A stretch of 64,000 bases of DNA from Octopus sinensis (GCF_006345805.1 NC_043011.1:19666464-19730463), one strand, 5' to 3'. Shown: positions 42,191 to 55,821, counted from the first letter of the stretch. The notes: generated from the sequence alone by a model not told the origin. Translations and numbers: made by a program.

Positions 42191-42342
42191 TATATATAGT
42201 ATTATATATATATATATATACATATATAAGTATATAATATATATTATTATATATACAATATATAGTATATATATATATATATATTATATATATATACATA
42301 TATATAGTATATATATATAATATAGATATATACATATATATA

Positions 42343-42373
<31 letters not shown>

Positions 42374-42437
42374 GTATACAGATATATATACATATACATA
42401 TATATAGTATATATATATATATATGTACATAATATAG

Positions 42438-42468
<31 letters not shown>

Positions 42469-42560
42469 TATATATATATATATATATATATACCTATATA
42501 TACATAATATAGTATATATATATATATATATACATATATATAGTATATAGTATATTATAC
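40957..42560. repeat. TA-rich satellite (ATATATACATATATATAGT-type units)
   Basis: Direct. Confidence 0.9.
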
Positions 42561-45500
42561 GGTGCAAAAATAACTGAATCAAGTTATCTCCTGCAAGAAA
42601 GAAAAAAGAAGCATCTCTCCTGAAAAAAATCCCGTAAACCAAAAAAAAAATCCAGACCACATTGTTGGATTAAGTATCAATTTCATCTATTTCATATTTT
42701 ATTTATTATTCTATTTTATCTTTCACTTAGGCCCACATCTTAGTTTAAAGTTGCGATCGTCATTGTGTTGTTTACATTTTCAATAACTGTTCTCGATATA
42801 ATAATTTTCCAGATACTCTATCTTCTAATTAGCCTTAAGATTAAATTAATAACGTTTAATATTGATACCGTCAAATTAGCCTTAGGATTAAATTAAATAA
42901 CGTTTAATATTGTTTAATATTGTTAATAATTATTGTTAATTAGCCTTAAGATTAAATTAAATAAGTTTAATATTGATACCGTCACATTAGCCTTAGGATG
43001 AAATTAAATAACGTTTATATTGTTTAATATTGTTAATAATTATTGTTAATTAGCCTTAAGATTAAATTAAAAACGTTTAATATTAAAAACGTCTAATTAG
43101 CCTTAGGATTAAATTAAATAACGTTAATATTGTTAATAATTATTTGTTAATTGCCTTAGGATTAAATTAAATAACGTTTAACATTGTTTAATATTGTTAA
43201 TAATTACTGTAATTAGCCTTAGATTAAATTAAATAAGTTTAAATTGTTTTAATATTTAATATTGTTAATAAATCTTCAGATACTCTATCTTCTAATTAGC
43301 CTTAAGATTAAATTAAATAACGTTTAATATTACCCACACTCTAATATAATATTAACATTGCTAATATATTTTCAGATACTCTATCTCCTGATTAGCCTTA
43401 AGATTAAATAACGTTTTTATCCACACTCTAATATATAAATTTGATTAATATATTTTCAGATACTCTATCTTCTAATTAGCCTTAAGATTAAATTAAATAA
43501 CGTTTAATATTAATAACGTCTAATTAGCCTTAAGATTAAATTAAATAACGGTTAATATTGCTTAATATTGTATATATAATTTTCAGATACTCTGTCTTCT
43601 AATTAGCTTAAGATTAAATTAAATAACGTTTAATATTACCCACACTCTAATATAATATAATATTGCTAATATATTTTCAGATACTCTATCTCCTAATTAG
43701 CCTTAAGATTAAACAACGTTTTTATCCACACTCTAATATAATAATATATGCTAATACATTTCAGATACTCTATCCCCTAATTAGCCTTAAGATTAAATAC
43801 GTTTTTACCCAAATAACGTTTTTACACAAACTTTAATATTGTTAATATTTCTTTTTCAAGTACTCTATCTTCTAATTAGCCTTAATATCTTCCTGTCTTC
43901 TCTCGAACATAATTAGATAGATAAACGGATAGACGGATTATCCAGCATGTCCAGAGCATGGAGACGTGACGAGCTGGATTTATTCGTACGAGCATGGGAG
44001 TGCGCCGGCGGAGATAGCCCTAGGGAGGTGATTGCGGCTGCGCTGAAGAGCAGAGGCTACAAGAGGACAGCGGCTCAGATGGAGCGAAAGAGACAGGAAT
44101 TCGTGCGCTCATATGCGCTTGTACGGTCGCACATTGGCGCACTTGATGCCATCTTTGAGAACGAGCGGAGCAAAGATGGCAAGAATGGAGACGATGAAAG
44201 AAGTCACCCCCACCTGGTGGACGCCCGGGAGGAGGTTTTGAATGAGAAACCTGCCCGGGAAGTGAACCCAGGGCAAGTTCTCCAACCGGCAGCAAGGGCC
44301 ATGGAGACGGAGAACCCGGTGAAGAGGTAGAGGGAGGAAGAAGAAGAAAAAGAAGGACTGGAAGAGCTAAAGGAAAAGAAAAAAGCTCAAGCAGGCAAAG
44401 TGTGAAACAACCAGAAATAGAAGTGGAACCGCAAAGGATGGAACCAAACAGCGCACACGGGTGTGTATGTTCTACCTGAGAGGTTCCTGCTGGCATGGAA
44501 AGGAAGGTGCAGGCTGCCGCTTTGCACATCGGGGACCCTGCCACAGAGACACGAGGCAGATGGACAAACCATCAACACAAAGAAAAGGGATGGACCACGC
44601 ACCACCTGCCCCAAAACGGAGGTACGCAGATGTTGTGCGCGCCACAAACAGCCAACATGATGTCGAAAGAGCAGCTGCTGGCAACAATCTTTTTTGTGCA
44701 TGGCACAAAAGATTGTACAGCAGCTGACCTGGCTTCATCAAACCCAAGCCCGCAGGTGGGACTACCCACTATATACCAGACCACCACAGCAAACAGACAC
44801 AGGATGGACACCGCCGGCAAACAACGTACACCTCACCTCGATACTCCTACTGAACATCAGAGGACTGCAAACACTCAGTAACAGGACAAAGATCCCGTTC
44901 CTGAGAGACTTTGTTGCATGCAATCAAGCCTTATGCATAGCACTTACAGAAACGCACCTGAAACCGGACATAGCAGATGCGGAGTTACACATACCACAGT
45001 ATGCTGTACTACGGACCGACAGGAAAGAAAGGAGTCATGGAGGTGTTGCTATGTACATCCGGAGGACCTCACCCCCAGGTCCTCTTGTCATACTCAAAAC
45101 TCGGTGTGTGACACACTAATTGTACATATTAGGCAACTTGATGTAGTGTGTGTGTGCTACATATCGCCCTCCAGATGCCCCAAGCCATGTGGGCCAGTTT
45201 GAAGACTGCCTTATAAAAATAGAAGAAATTCTAACCACATTAGAGCAACACATAGGTGTGCTTCTTATGGGAGACTTCAATCTGCCCAATGTCAGATGGC
45301 CCGAGGGCCTTTCTCTCCCAGGAATGACAAGATGTGAACGAGGACAGGCGAGGTCCCTCCTGAACCTCATCAACACCCTGTACATGGAGCAGGTAATACT
45401 CCAACCAACCAGGGCAGGTAAAACACTGGATCTCTGCTTCACAAATGACATGGATCTCATCCATAATGTGAAAGTGACACCGACACTACTCTCGGATCAC

Positions 45501-47874
45501 AACATGATAGAGCTGACCATGTACGGGCCAAAAGAGAGCACGGACATGCAGCCTACAAGAAACCCTCAAAATCTTTCCAGCTTGAACTACCATAAGGCAA
45601 ACTGGAAACAAATTCAGAAAGAGATCCTCAAACAAAACTGGCCTAAATGTGTCTCTCCTCGCCAGACATCGACTTCAACAATTCATGTCTGTAATGCAAG
45701 CCATATGCTACAAATGTGTCCCAGAGAGAAGGACAATGTACACAAGACAAAATCCCCAGAGAGAGGAAAATTTTAATGAGACGGCGTACGAAATTTTCAA
45801 ATCGCCTAAACAAACAGATTGAAAGCAGTGTGAAAGTCCCGCCTAAAAATAAAACTGTTGGAAATCGAAAAATGTCTGCAACTCTCCCATGAAAAAGAAA
45901 GAGCAGACAAAAGAAGCCTGGGCTATATAGAAAACATAAAATCTAACCCCAGAGCTTCTACAGGTATGCCAAAGAAAACAGCTACAGTGCACTGTAGAAT
46001 AGGGCTACTCCTCGAAAAGGATGGCACACTTACAGGAAAACCAATGAGGGTAGTGAAATACTGAATGAGCAATTCAAGAGTGTTTTCACTCCACCCCTTG
46101 GGCATCTCCAAATCACCAATCCAACTGACTTTTTACCACTGCAGATATAAAATCGAGGCGGCGCGACGATAGATTACATCGATATAAAGGAAGACGATGT
46201 AACCAAGGCTATAGATGAAATGAAAACAGACTCAGCTACTGGCCCGATGGATTCCCGGCAATCCTCCTAAAAGCATGTAAGAGAGTCCTAGCAAGACCAC
46301 TGCAGTTCCTCTTTCAGAGCTTCCTTGCAGCTGGCAAACTTCCAGGAAAACTGAAGGAGGTAAAATATGCCCCATTCATAAAGGAGGTAGCAGAGCGGAA
46401 GCCAAGAACTATAGACCTATCTCTCTGACCTCACACATCAGCAAGGTCATGGAACGAATAGTCAGAAGGAAGCTGATCACCTTCCTTGAAGAGAATGACT
46501 TGCTGCCCGACACCCAACATGGTTTCCGACCAGGGAGAAGCTGTTTAACTCAGCTCCTACAACACTATGACTGGGTGCTGAAACGGCTGCTCAACCACTC
46601 AAATGTGGAAGTGATATATCTCGACTTTGCAAAGCCTTTGATAAAGTCGATCATGGAATGATATGTCACAAACTGCGTGATCTCAACATAGTTGGAAAAC
46701 TGGGAGAATGGCTTCATGACTTTCTGAAGGATAGAAGTCAGGTGGTAGTAGCCAATGGGGCCACCTCCATTAACACACAAATAGTGAGCGGTGTTCCGCA
46801 GGGCACTGTTCTGGGACCACTACTGTTCATAATGGCCCTCTCAGACATGCCCTCAGCCATGCAGAGAGCCACGATCACAAGTTATGCAGATGATACAAAA
46901 GTTTCACAAGCAATTACAGAACCCTGAGGACACTAAACACCTGCAATGTGAGCTGGACGAAATATACAAGTGGGCGGAAAAGAATAGCATGCAGTTCAAT
47001 GCTGGAAAGTTTAGCTTTATACTATCAGCATGCAAAAATGAATGCAATACCAATGAATACACTGGACCCGGAGGGATTGCAATCCCAGAGGCACAATCAG
47101 TGCGTGACCTGGGTATTCACATGAGTGATGACGCGACCTTTCATGTACATGTTGCTAAACTGACAATGAAATGTAGACGCTGGCTGGATGGATTCTTAGA
47201 ACCTTTAGAACAAGAGAACAAAAAACCATGATGGTCCTCTGGAAGACACTTGTCCTAAGCCACTTTGACTATTGCTCTCAGCTATGGTCACCATCCAGTG
47301 TCAAGTTGATCACAGAACTTGAGGCGATCCAACGAAGCTACACAAGAAGATAGCCTCTATGCAGAATGTAAGCTACTGGGAAAGACTCAAGAGATTAAAA
47401 TTATATTCTCTGGAGCGTAGGCGGGAAAGATATGCCATATATACATCTGGAAGATCCTGGAGGGAAGTGTCCTGAACTTTGGCATCGAGGTTACGCAAAT
47501 GCCAGAACTGGGCGCCACTGCGTGGTGCCTAGACTCCAAACCTGCCATCAAGATGTAGGACAAGATTCTGTGATAGCCTGGGCTTCCGAGGCCCACAGCT
47601 CTTCAATATCCTCCCGAAGAACCTGAGAGACCTGCATGGGTGGATGGATCAGATGTCTTTAAAATGAAGCTGGATCTCTTCCTGTCAGGTGTCCCAGATG
47701 AACCAACTTCACGGCAGGAGGGGCAGATGAGGGCAGCTGCATCGAACTCTCTCATGCACCAAATAGCAGTTGCTAGAAAGCCTCCATGAAGTGAAACCAA
47801 GTAGCAACACCAAATGGCGGTGCCCCAGCATGGCCACAGCTCATAGCTGAAACTAGAATCAATCAATCAATCAA
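42560..47874 (+). mobile_element. APE-RT LINE copy 2, apparently full length
   Basis: Unique 5' leader (about 42560-42790), expanded tandem-repeat UTR, ORF1 43947-44881, ORF2 about 44804-47790 (frameshifted), (ATCA)n tail. Confidence 0.9.
42790..43890 (+). repeat. Tandem repeat in the LINE 5' UTR, units about 47-87 bp, core TAATTAGCCTTAAGATTAAA
   Basis: About 16 core occurrences counted by eye here versus 4 at 31495-31790. Confidence 0.85.
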
Positions 47875-48099
47875 TATATATATTATTATACATATATATA
47901 GTATAATATATATAATAATATATAACATATATATAGTATACATATATATATATATTACATATACATTATACTATAGTATATATATATATATATACATATA
48001 TATAGTATATATATATATATATATACATATATATAGTATATATATATATATATATATACATATATATAGTATATATATATATATATATACATATTATAG

Positions 48100-48133
<34 letters not shown>

Positions 48134-48137
48134 TATA

Positions 48138-48169
<32 letters not shown>

Positions 48170-48296
48170 AATAGTAAAGTGTGAAAAAACGACAGAAGGC
48201 TTAAATGTTAAAAAATATATATATTTGTGTCAAAATGTCTGGAGAATATTGAAAATTTTTTTCCTTTCCTTAAAATGACATAATTTTAAATTTTTA

Positions 48297-48336
48297 AAGA
48301 AATTACCGGTTTCGCGTGTAGCTTTTCAAATTTCTT
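48297..48336 (-). ncRNA. Inverted copy of the U3-A8 hammerhead motif
   Basis: Reverse complement of 50864-50903 within the inverted pLTR. Confidence 0.65.
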
Positions 48337-50863
48337 GTGACGTTATGTTTATATTGTATGGAATTATCGTTGTTTTATTTCCAGGAGATTTCTAAATAAG
48401 GGGAGGTAGTGAGTGATTTTTTCCGGTGTGTAAGGAGATAATCGCTTAAAAAATTTTTTTTTTGAAAGAATATATTTTGAAAGATAATCAATCTTTCAAC
48501 CAAACCTCTTTCTAACATAAAAATTGACATCCTCGCAAAAGGGCTCAAATTTACACCAACTCCACGCAGAGCAAACCTAAATGAACTCAAGGATAATATA
48601 ACAGAATTTTGCAGAAAATTAAGACTAGCAGAAGCATCAAACAGTTTCATACTGAAGATGAATCACTGTCAAGAACAAAAGTGAACACATCACACAGAGG
48701 AAGAAATAAAGATCTTGACGAATTCTGAACCACATTGAGAACTTCCCCTACCATACTATACATAAACAGAAAGCTAACCCAAATTTAACATACACAATGG
48801 AAAGAACTGATAGAACTCCAAAATGATGAAGATATAACCATTAAGGAAGCGGACACAGGGAAATGCAGTTGTAATAATGGATACATCATACTACAGAAAT
48901 CTTGTAATTTCCTTGCTTGATGAAGACCTACATTATGAAAAAATTACCAACTACCCCCACAAAAAAAATGAAAACTCTATCTTCACTAATTAAAACCCAT
49001 GAAAAGGAACTGACAACCAAAGAGATTGATTCCTAACAAACTTTAAATGCAAACCTAGCCTTTTCTATGGTCTGCCAAAAATTCATAAAAGTCAATTATA
49101 AATGAACCATTAAAAAATCACCAAAGACATACATACACACACCTAATCCGGGGGACCTAAAACTACGACCCATTGTAGCTGGCCCAACCTGTGAAACACA
49201 CAGACTAAGTCTGCTTATGGACATCCTCTTGAAACCCTTCCTTAAACATATCGATAGCCATATCAGAGATGACTTAGATATGTTAAACCACCTTCCAAAA
49301 AAAACCAAGGAAGAAACAATCCTGGTTTCATTTGATGTAGTCAACTTGTATACCAGTATACCTCATAATTATGGACTGGAGGCAATACAATTCTGGTTAG
49401 ACCAATTTCCGGAAGAAATACCAAAAAGGATCAGTAAGGAATTCATTACTAAATCAATTGAATTATCCTCCAATAACCACTTCATGTTTGACAATACATT
49501 TTACCGTCAAAAATCCGGAATTGCTATGGGTACAAGGGCAGTACCAGTCATTGCGAACTTAACAATGGGATACATGGAAATAATCATTACCAGGAATCTC
49601 TATCAATCTTTGGAAACTCCCTCTCTCAATACATAAGAGAATTGGAAACGATTCCTAGACGATTGTTTCATTCTCTGGAATGAAAACATAGATAAAACTC
49701 CTAAAATTTAAAAACCTATTGAACAGCATAAACCCAAATATACAGTTCACAATGGAATACAACCAAAAGGAGCTCCCGTTCTTGGATATACTAATTAAAA
49801 AAATTAACCTTAAAATAGAAACAGACATTTTTTACAAAGCCACAGACGCCAAACAATACCTTCTTTTTAATTCATGCCACCCAAGACACACTAAAACAAA
49901 CATCCCCTTCAACCTTGCAAGAAGGATATGCACAATAGTGTCAGAACAAAATACCAGGAACTTTAGACTGCAAGAACTCAAAAAACCCTAATTGACAGAC
50001 ATTACCCAGCTCAACTCATAGAGGATGGGATCAGACGTGCAACAGAAATCAACATAGAAACTTTAAGAAAAGTTCAACACAACAACACACCTCCCCGAAA
50101 ATACTACCTTACATATCTACATACAACCCCAGAAACAAAAGAAGCCTTCACCATCATCACCCAGAATTTACCAATACTTCATAAAAACCCAAAATAAAGG
50201 AAATTCTAAACATACACCAAATCATAAAAGCTACAAACAGCCTAAATCACTTAAAAAGATTCTCACAAAGGCAAATTGTCTTCTAAAATACGGATGCAAA
50301 AGTTAAAAAATGTGGTAGATCGAACTGTGCAACATGTCCTAACCTATTGGAAGGATCAGAATTCTTCTTTAAAAGAGGGACAGAAATTTAAGATCAAATC
50401 TAACTTTACTTGTGCCTCTGAAAACATAATTTATGTTATTAAATGCTCGGGCTGCACCCAAGACTACGTGGGTTCCACGGGACTATCACTCAGGCGCAGA
50501 TGCACACTGCATCGACAACAGATTGCATTCCCAGAATATAGAATGATACCTTTAGTGAGCACATCGAGAAATGCGCAAAGCAACTACTGCCACAATTTTT
50601 AATCTTCCCATTTTACCAATGTGCTTTCGGATCATCAACACAAATGAGACTGAACAAGGAAACATTCTTCATTGAAAAGTACAAACCCAGACTCAACCAT
50701 CCGAACATACTGACACAGAGAAATTAACAAGGAAATGGGAAAAAAAAATTTTTTAAGCGATATCTCCCTTACACGGAAAAAATCACTCACTACCTCCCCT
50801 TATTTAGAAATCTCCTGGAAATAAAAACAACGATAATTCCATACAATATAAACATAACGTCAC

Positions 50864-50903
50864 AAGAAATTTGAAAAGCTACACGCGAAACCGGTAATTT
50901 CTT
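50864..50903 (+). ncRNA. Minimal type I hammerhead ribozyme, U3-A8 variant core
   Basis: AAGAAAU-UUGAAAA-GC(UACAC)GC-GAAA-CCGG-UA/AUUUCUU: 7-bp stem I, 2-bp stem II, palindromic ACCGGU stem III. A second copy lies on the minus strand at 48297-48336. Confidence 0.7.
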
Positions 50904-51074
50904 TAAAAAATTTTAAAATTATGTCATTTTAAGGAAAGGAAAAAAAAATTTTCAATATTCTCCAGACATTTTGACACAAATATATATATTTTTAACATTA
51001 AGCCTTCTGTCGTTTTTCACACTTTACTATTTCTTATATATTCACCCACGTGCTTACCAACAAACTTTCTTATC

Positions 51075-52030
51075 TATATATATATATATACATATATATA
51101 GTATATATATATATACATATATAGTATATATATAGATATAACATATATATAGGATATATATAGTATGAGATATATAGATATACAATATATAGTATATATA
51201 TATATATTATATATATATATACATATATATAGTATTATATAAATATATATAAATAGATAGTAGTATATATATATATATATATATACATATATATAGTATA
51301 TATATATATATATATACATATATATAGTATATATATATATATATACATATATATAGTATATATTATAGATATATATATGATATATATAGTAGATATATAT
51401 ATATAACATATATATAGTATATATATATAAAATATATATATACATATATATAGTTATATATATATATTATTAACATATAATAGTAGATATATATATATAC
51501 ATATATATAGTATATATATATATATATACATATATATAGTATATATATATATATATATACATATATATAGTATATATATATATATATATATTATACATAT
51601 ATAGTATATAGATATATATATATATATACATATATATAGTATATAGATATATATATATATATACATATATATAGTATATAGATATATATATATCTATACA
51701 TATATATAGTATATAGTTATATATCTATATATATGCATATATATTATATATAGTATATAATATATTATATATACATATATATAGTATATAGATATATTAT
51801 CTATATACATATATATAGTATATTAGATACTATATATATATACATATATATAGTATATAGATACATATATATATATACATATATATAGTATATAGATATA
51901 TATATATATAACATATATATAGTATATAGATATATCTATTATATATATACATTATATAGTATATAGATATATATATATATATACATATATATAGTATATA
52001 GATATATATATATATATATATATATATATG
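51075..52030. repeat. TA-rich satellite (ATATATACATATATATAGT-type units)
   Basis: Direct. Confidence 0.9.
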
Positions 52031-52099
52031 GGGGAGTAAGTATATATTGTGTTTTTATACTATACATATATTTTATACATATACATCACAATCTCCACA

Positions 52100-52650
52100 A
52101 AATGATCTTCGTTGACCATCTGACCATAGGGAATCTAGAGAATATAGATGCTACCGATACTGTCTAAAAAAGGGGATCATTATGTCCTTCCCGATGGAAT
52201 TGCTTTCCTGATCTTCTTGAATCTGGGATAGTCAGCATGTTTCCACGGGTCATCTTTCCCACTAAGTCTCTTGACCATAGATCTATTTTCAGCTTTAGTT
52301 ACAGGATACCAGAAACATTAATACATTTGGACTGGAGGTACTGAGCTCACCTATGTACCTGTACTCACTCACGTGTCTTTTCTTCTGCTCGTCTCCAAGA
52401 ACCCTGGGACAAAGTTGCACAAATGTTGTGGATGTTCAAATTTTCATGAACAATCCCGTGTGCAGCTATCACCTTAACTGTAACCTGTATATTTATTGTC
52501 TGAATAGACACACAACTAACTACATGCAGAAGAGGGGAATTCTCTCAACCAGCTCTGTTGTTCTGACACCTCTCTTCCTCTCACGCCTCTCATCGTCACT
52601 CACTTCTTCTTTATCGTCCTTGAATGTCCTAGACCTGTCAAACACAGAAA
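52100..52650 (-). mobile_element. Decayed mariner transposase
   Basis: Minus frames: TFKDDKEEVSDDER...RTTELVERI; IVHENLNIHNICA..VPRVL..EQKKRHV; P.TK; GK.IMIPFLDS.G; all match the mariner HTH and DDD-domain layout. Confidence 0.7.
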
Positions 52651-53765
52651 ATTGTTTAGATCATGTTTTTCACAATTCTATAATTTTCTGTAGCATATAT
52701 TTTTGCCAAACATTTACTGTATAGCTTGCTTCCGAATTGACTTGATGCCCCGACCGAATTCCTCAGCTATGACAAGCAGTGTATGGCAGGGTGTGTTCAA
52801 AGTACTGATACATCCGTCACCTACAATTAGAAAAAAAGAGTTGGTAAACTTATTAGATAAAATGATATTACAAAATCTGTGTTAGTTATAACTGTTCCTC
52901 CTAAAACAAATTCAAAACATTTTGAATTCTTCTCATATGATAGTGATATAGAACTTGTCTTCCTTTGCACTACAGTTAATAGAGAAAAATTGATTTCACA
53001 TACATAATATTGTATTCTAAGAACCTATATTATATCTGGTTTGTGAAAACACATCTCGGAAGGTGTATGGCAAGTGGAAATTACTCAGGCGTTGGCTATT
53101 TTTATTCATTCCATGTCTAGAGAAATGTATAAGTGTCACTCGAGTTAACAGGAAACGTAAACTGTCTATGAAAAACAAATCAATATCCGATGTTGTAACG
53201 TAAGCTTCAGTGCTTATTTGAATGCAGTGGACCTCATTAACGCTGTAAGTATTATTGACTAAGCTAAGCCCATTACATTTCTTATTTCATACATTCCTAA
53301 CTCAGAGGACCATTTTACTTTATCTGAAAGACAGAAATATTTTCTTTAAAACAGTCATGCATTTTACGTAATTTTCTTATTATCATGCTACATAGTAACT
53401 ATATTTACGGCGAAATTTTCTTCTTCCGATTCAAATATACTGGGAAAGTGTCAACATCATCCGCTGATTTATTCTAAAAACGTATAGCACAGATGCATTT
53501 CCTGCTCGAATTACGTTCAATAACGTTAAGAAACAGCACTGCTAATGCTTTCCTGCGTAATCAATAATGCAGACAACCCGTATCCTCGAAACACACTAAG
53601 TGAATAATACCGGCTAGCAAGATTATACAAGGAATAACTGTATGTTCGAACTAGTAAAATAGTTATCTAAATTCTATTACATCTAACATGCAGCTATACA
53701 CAGCATATTCTTTCTACACCCAACATACAGCTACTTAGTTACCTAAATACACCTTGCTTAATAAG

Positions 53766-54063
53766 TGGACGCACATGGCCTAGTGGTTAGAGCAGCGGAC
53801 TCGAGGTCGATGGATCACCGGGATCGTATCTCAGACCGGGCGATGTGTGTGCTTATAAGCGGAACACTTAAGCTCCACGCGGCTCCGGCAGAAGGTAATG
53901 GCGAACGTCTGCTGACTCTTTCACCACAACTTTCTCTCACTCTTTCCTCCTGCATCTTGCAGCTCACCTGCAACGGACCGGCGTCCCGTCCAGGTGGGGA
54001 ACCTATACGCCAAGGAAACCGGGAAACCGGCCCTTATGAGCCAGGCGTGGCTCAAGAAGGAAC
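53766..54063 (+). mobile_element. tRNA-derived SINE, family C-related head with a different 3' tail
   Basis: TGGCCTAGTGGTTAGAGCAGCGGACTC head; CCGGCGTCCCGTCCAGG...GAAACCGGG...GGCCCTTATGAGCC tail. Confidence 0.75.
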
Positions 54064-55744
54064 CCTGCTACATTATGTATTCATGGAATGGTACCATATA
54101 CCGAAGTTCTTAAACCCCCACCAACTCGTCACTTGAGCCCCTATTACACTTCTTTTTGTGCAACATTGCACCTTCTCACATGTTTGTAATGCTATCATTC
54201 ATGGTAGTTGTGTGACTGATCATTGAAATTTTAATGGAATTTTATTGCATTTGTGTATTAATTCTATAATTGCAGTTACACAAATTTTTCCATGCAGCTC
54301 CCATGATACAAGTCTGTTATTACAAGACAAACTGGACCAAAGAGCAGAGATTCTATGGCTGAACACTGCTGACGCCAACCATGAAGTTACTCGATCCGTG
54401 CAGTTTAAAACTCTTGATCTAGTTCTCCAGAATTTGCTTCAATTCCGGCACGGATTAAAATTCATTTCTATCTTCCTGGTTCGAACATATTACATTCTAC
54501 CGCCTTTCATACTGATACAGCATTTGTCATTATCATCAAAGTGACTGACAACTGGTTGTTATAGCTGTTTAGTTGTCTTAGGACTGAAAATCGGAAACGT
54601 ATCTATTACTCCTTAAACACATTTGCCAACGTTTGCATAAATATAACAATAAATTCTGCAACAAGTAACTTGTGTTCACTCCCGGACGCCGAGGTTTCAC
54701 CTCCTTCATCCAACCACCACAAACTACGCCATATATTTCCATCAACTACACACAGTTTTCCGTCTCGTTTAATCCTTCGAGCTATATCTAAATGCCCCTC
54801 TCAATTATTCTCACCCTCCGGAGAAGCCCGTCTCTGATCTCATTAGCCTTTCCCCCGATATCCACGATATCAACCATCATTCCACAATGACCAAATCCTC
54901 TCTCTAAAATTGATTCTTGAGATATTGGTCAATGGCCGAATCGAAATTGCCGCTATACTATAATTTATTTATGCAAATATATCTGGAATTGTTTGAAACG
55001 TAATGTCTTATACGTGCTTCCATATTTGTTTTCTTACACAAGATTAGGGGATTTATATATTGCATATATAATACAATATTCGAAGATAATTTTATATAAT
55101 TTCAACCTGCGTAGTGTATTACATCGTATCACAGTAATCTTCTATATGTATAATTTATCGCCAGCCTACATTTGAATCTGTACACCCCGGTTCCAAAAGT
55201 TACTGCTTAAACTCCTTTTTATGTTTCAGGTAAGCGATAATAAATGCACAGTTACCAACACAGACGATATATTCTTCGATTTTTATCTTCCACTTTCGTT
55301 AGAAATACACAGTATATTATATCCTGCTCTTATCATATTTATCATAGTATTTGCCTATATAATATCATTATATAACTTCTTATATTTTATTATACATTAT
55401 TATATTATATCATATTATGTTGTTTTCCTGTAGAATATATGACTCCACAAGAGTTTACATTAATTAAATTTAGCCTGAATGCGGTTTTCGAATAGAGACT
55501 AGGGTAGGAACTACACTATTCGCTCTTCCAGAAACAATTACCTTTTCACAAAGATATTTTATGAAAAAAATATTTTATGGAAAATAGATTTGTCAAAACG
55601 AATCTTAAATCGAAATTTTATTAAGCTGCTTCTACTCCTACACAAATCTGCCAAGCTATAAACATATATTGCATAATAACCACAAAGGGAAATCCGTAAG
55701 CATTCTATATTACTTTGTAGCCACCAACAAAAATCCACCAAACA

Positions 55745-55746
55745 TA

Positions 55747-55821
<75 letters not shown>

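Larger units (their letters stand above)
48167..51075 (+). mobile_element. Neptune-type Penelope-like element with inverted 5' pLTR and 3' tail
   Basis: DILAKGLKFTPTP; LRPIVAGP; SFDVVNLYTSIPH; GIAMGT; RFLDD; PFLDILI; NIPFNLARRICTIVS; FTCASENIIYVIKCSGCTQDYVGST (GIY-YIG). 48167-48463 is the reverse complement of 50740-51034. Confidence 0.9.

Noticed and set aside
35629-42660. Dozens of YI/IY-rich ORFs here and in other TA/CA arrays
   Set aside because: They are translations of microsatellites, not genes.
42790-43890. CRISPR-like look of the repeated TAATTAGCCTTAAG motif
   Set aside because: The intervening sequences are repetitive, not unique spacers; the context is eukaryotic LINE UTR with no cas genes.
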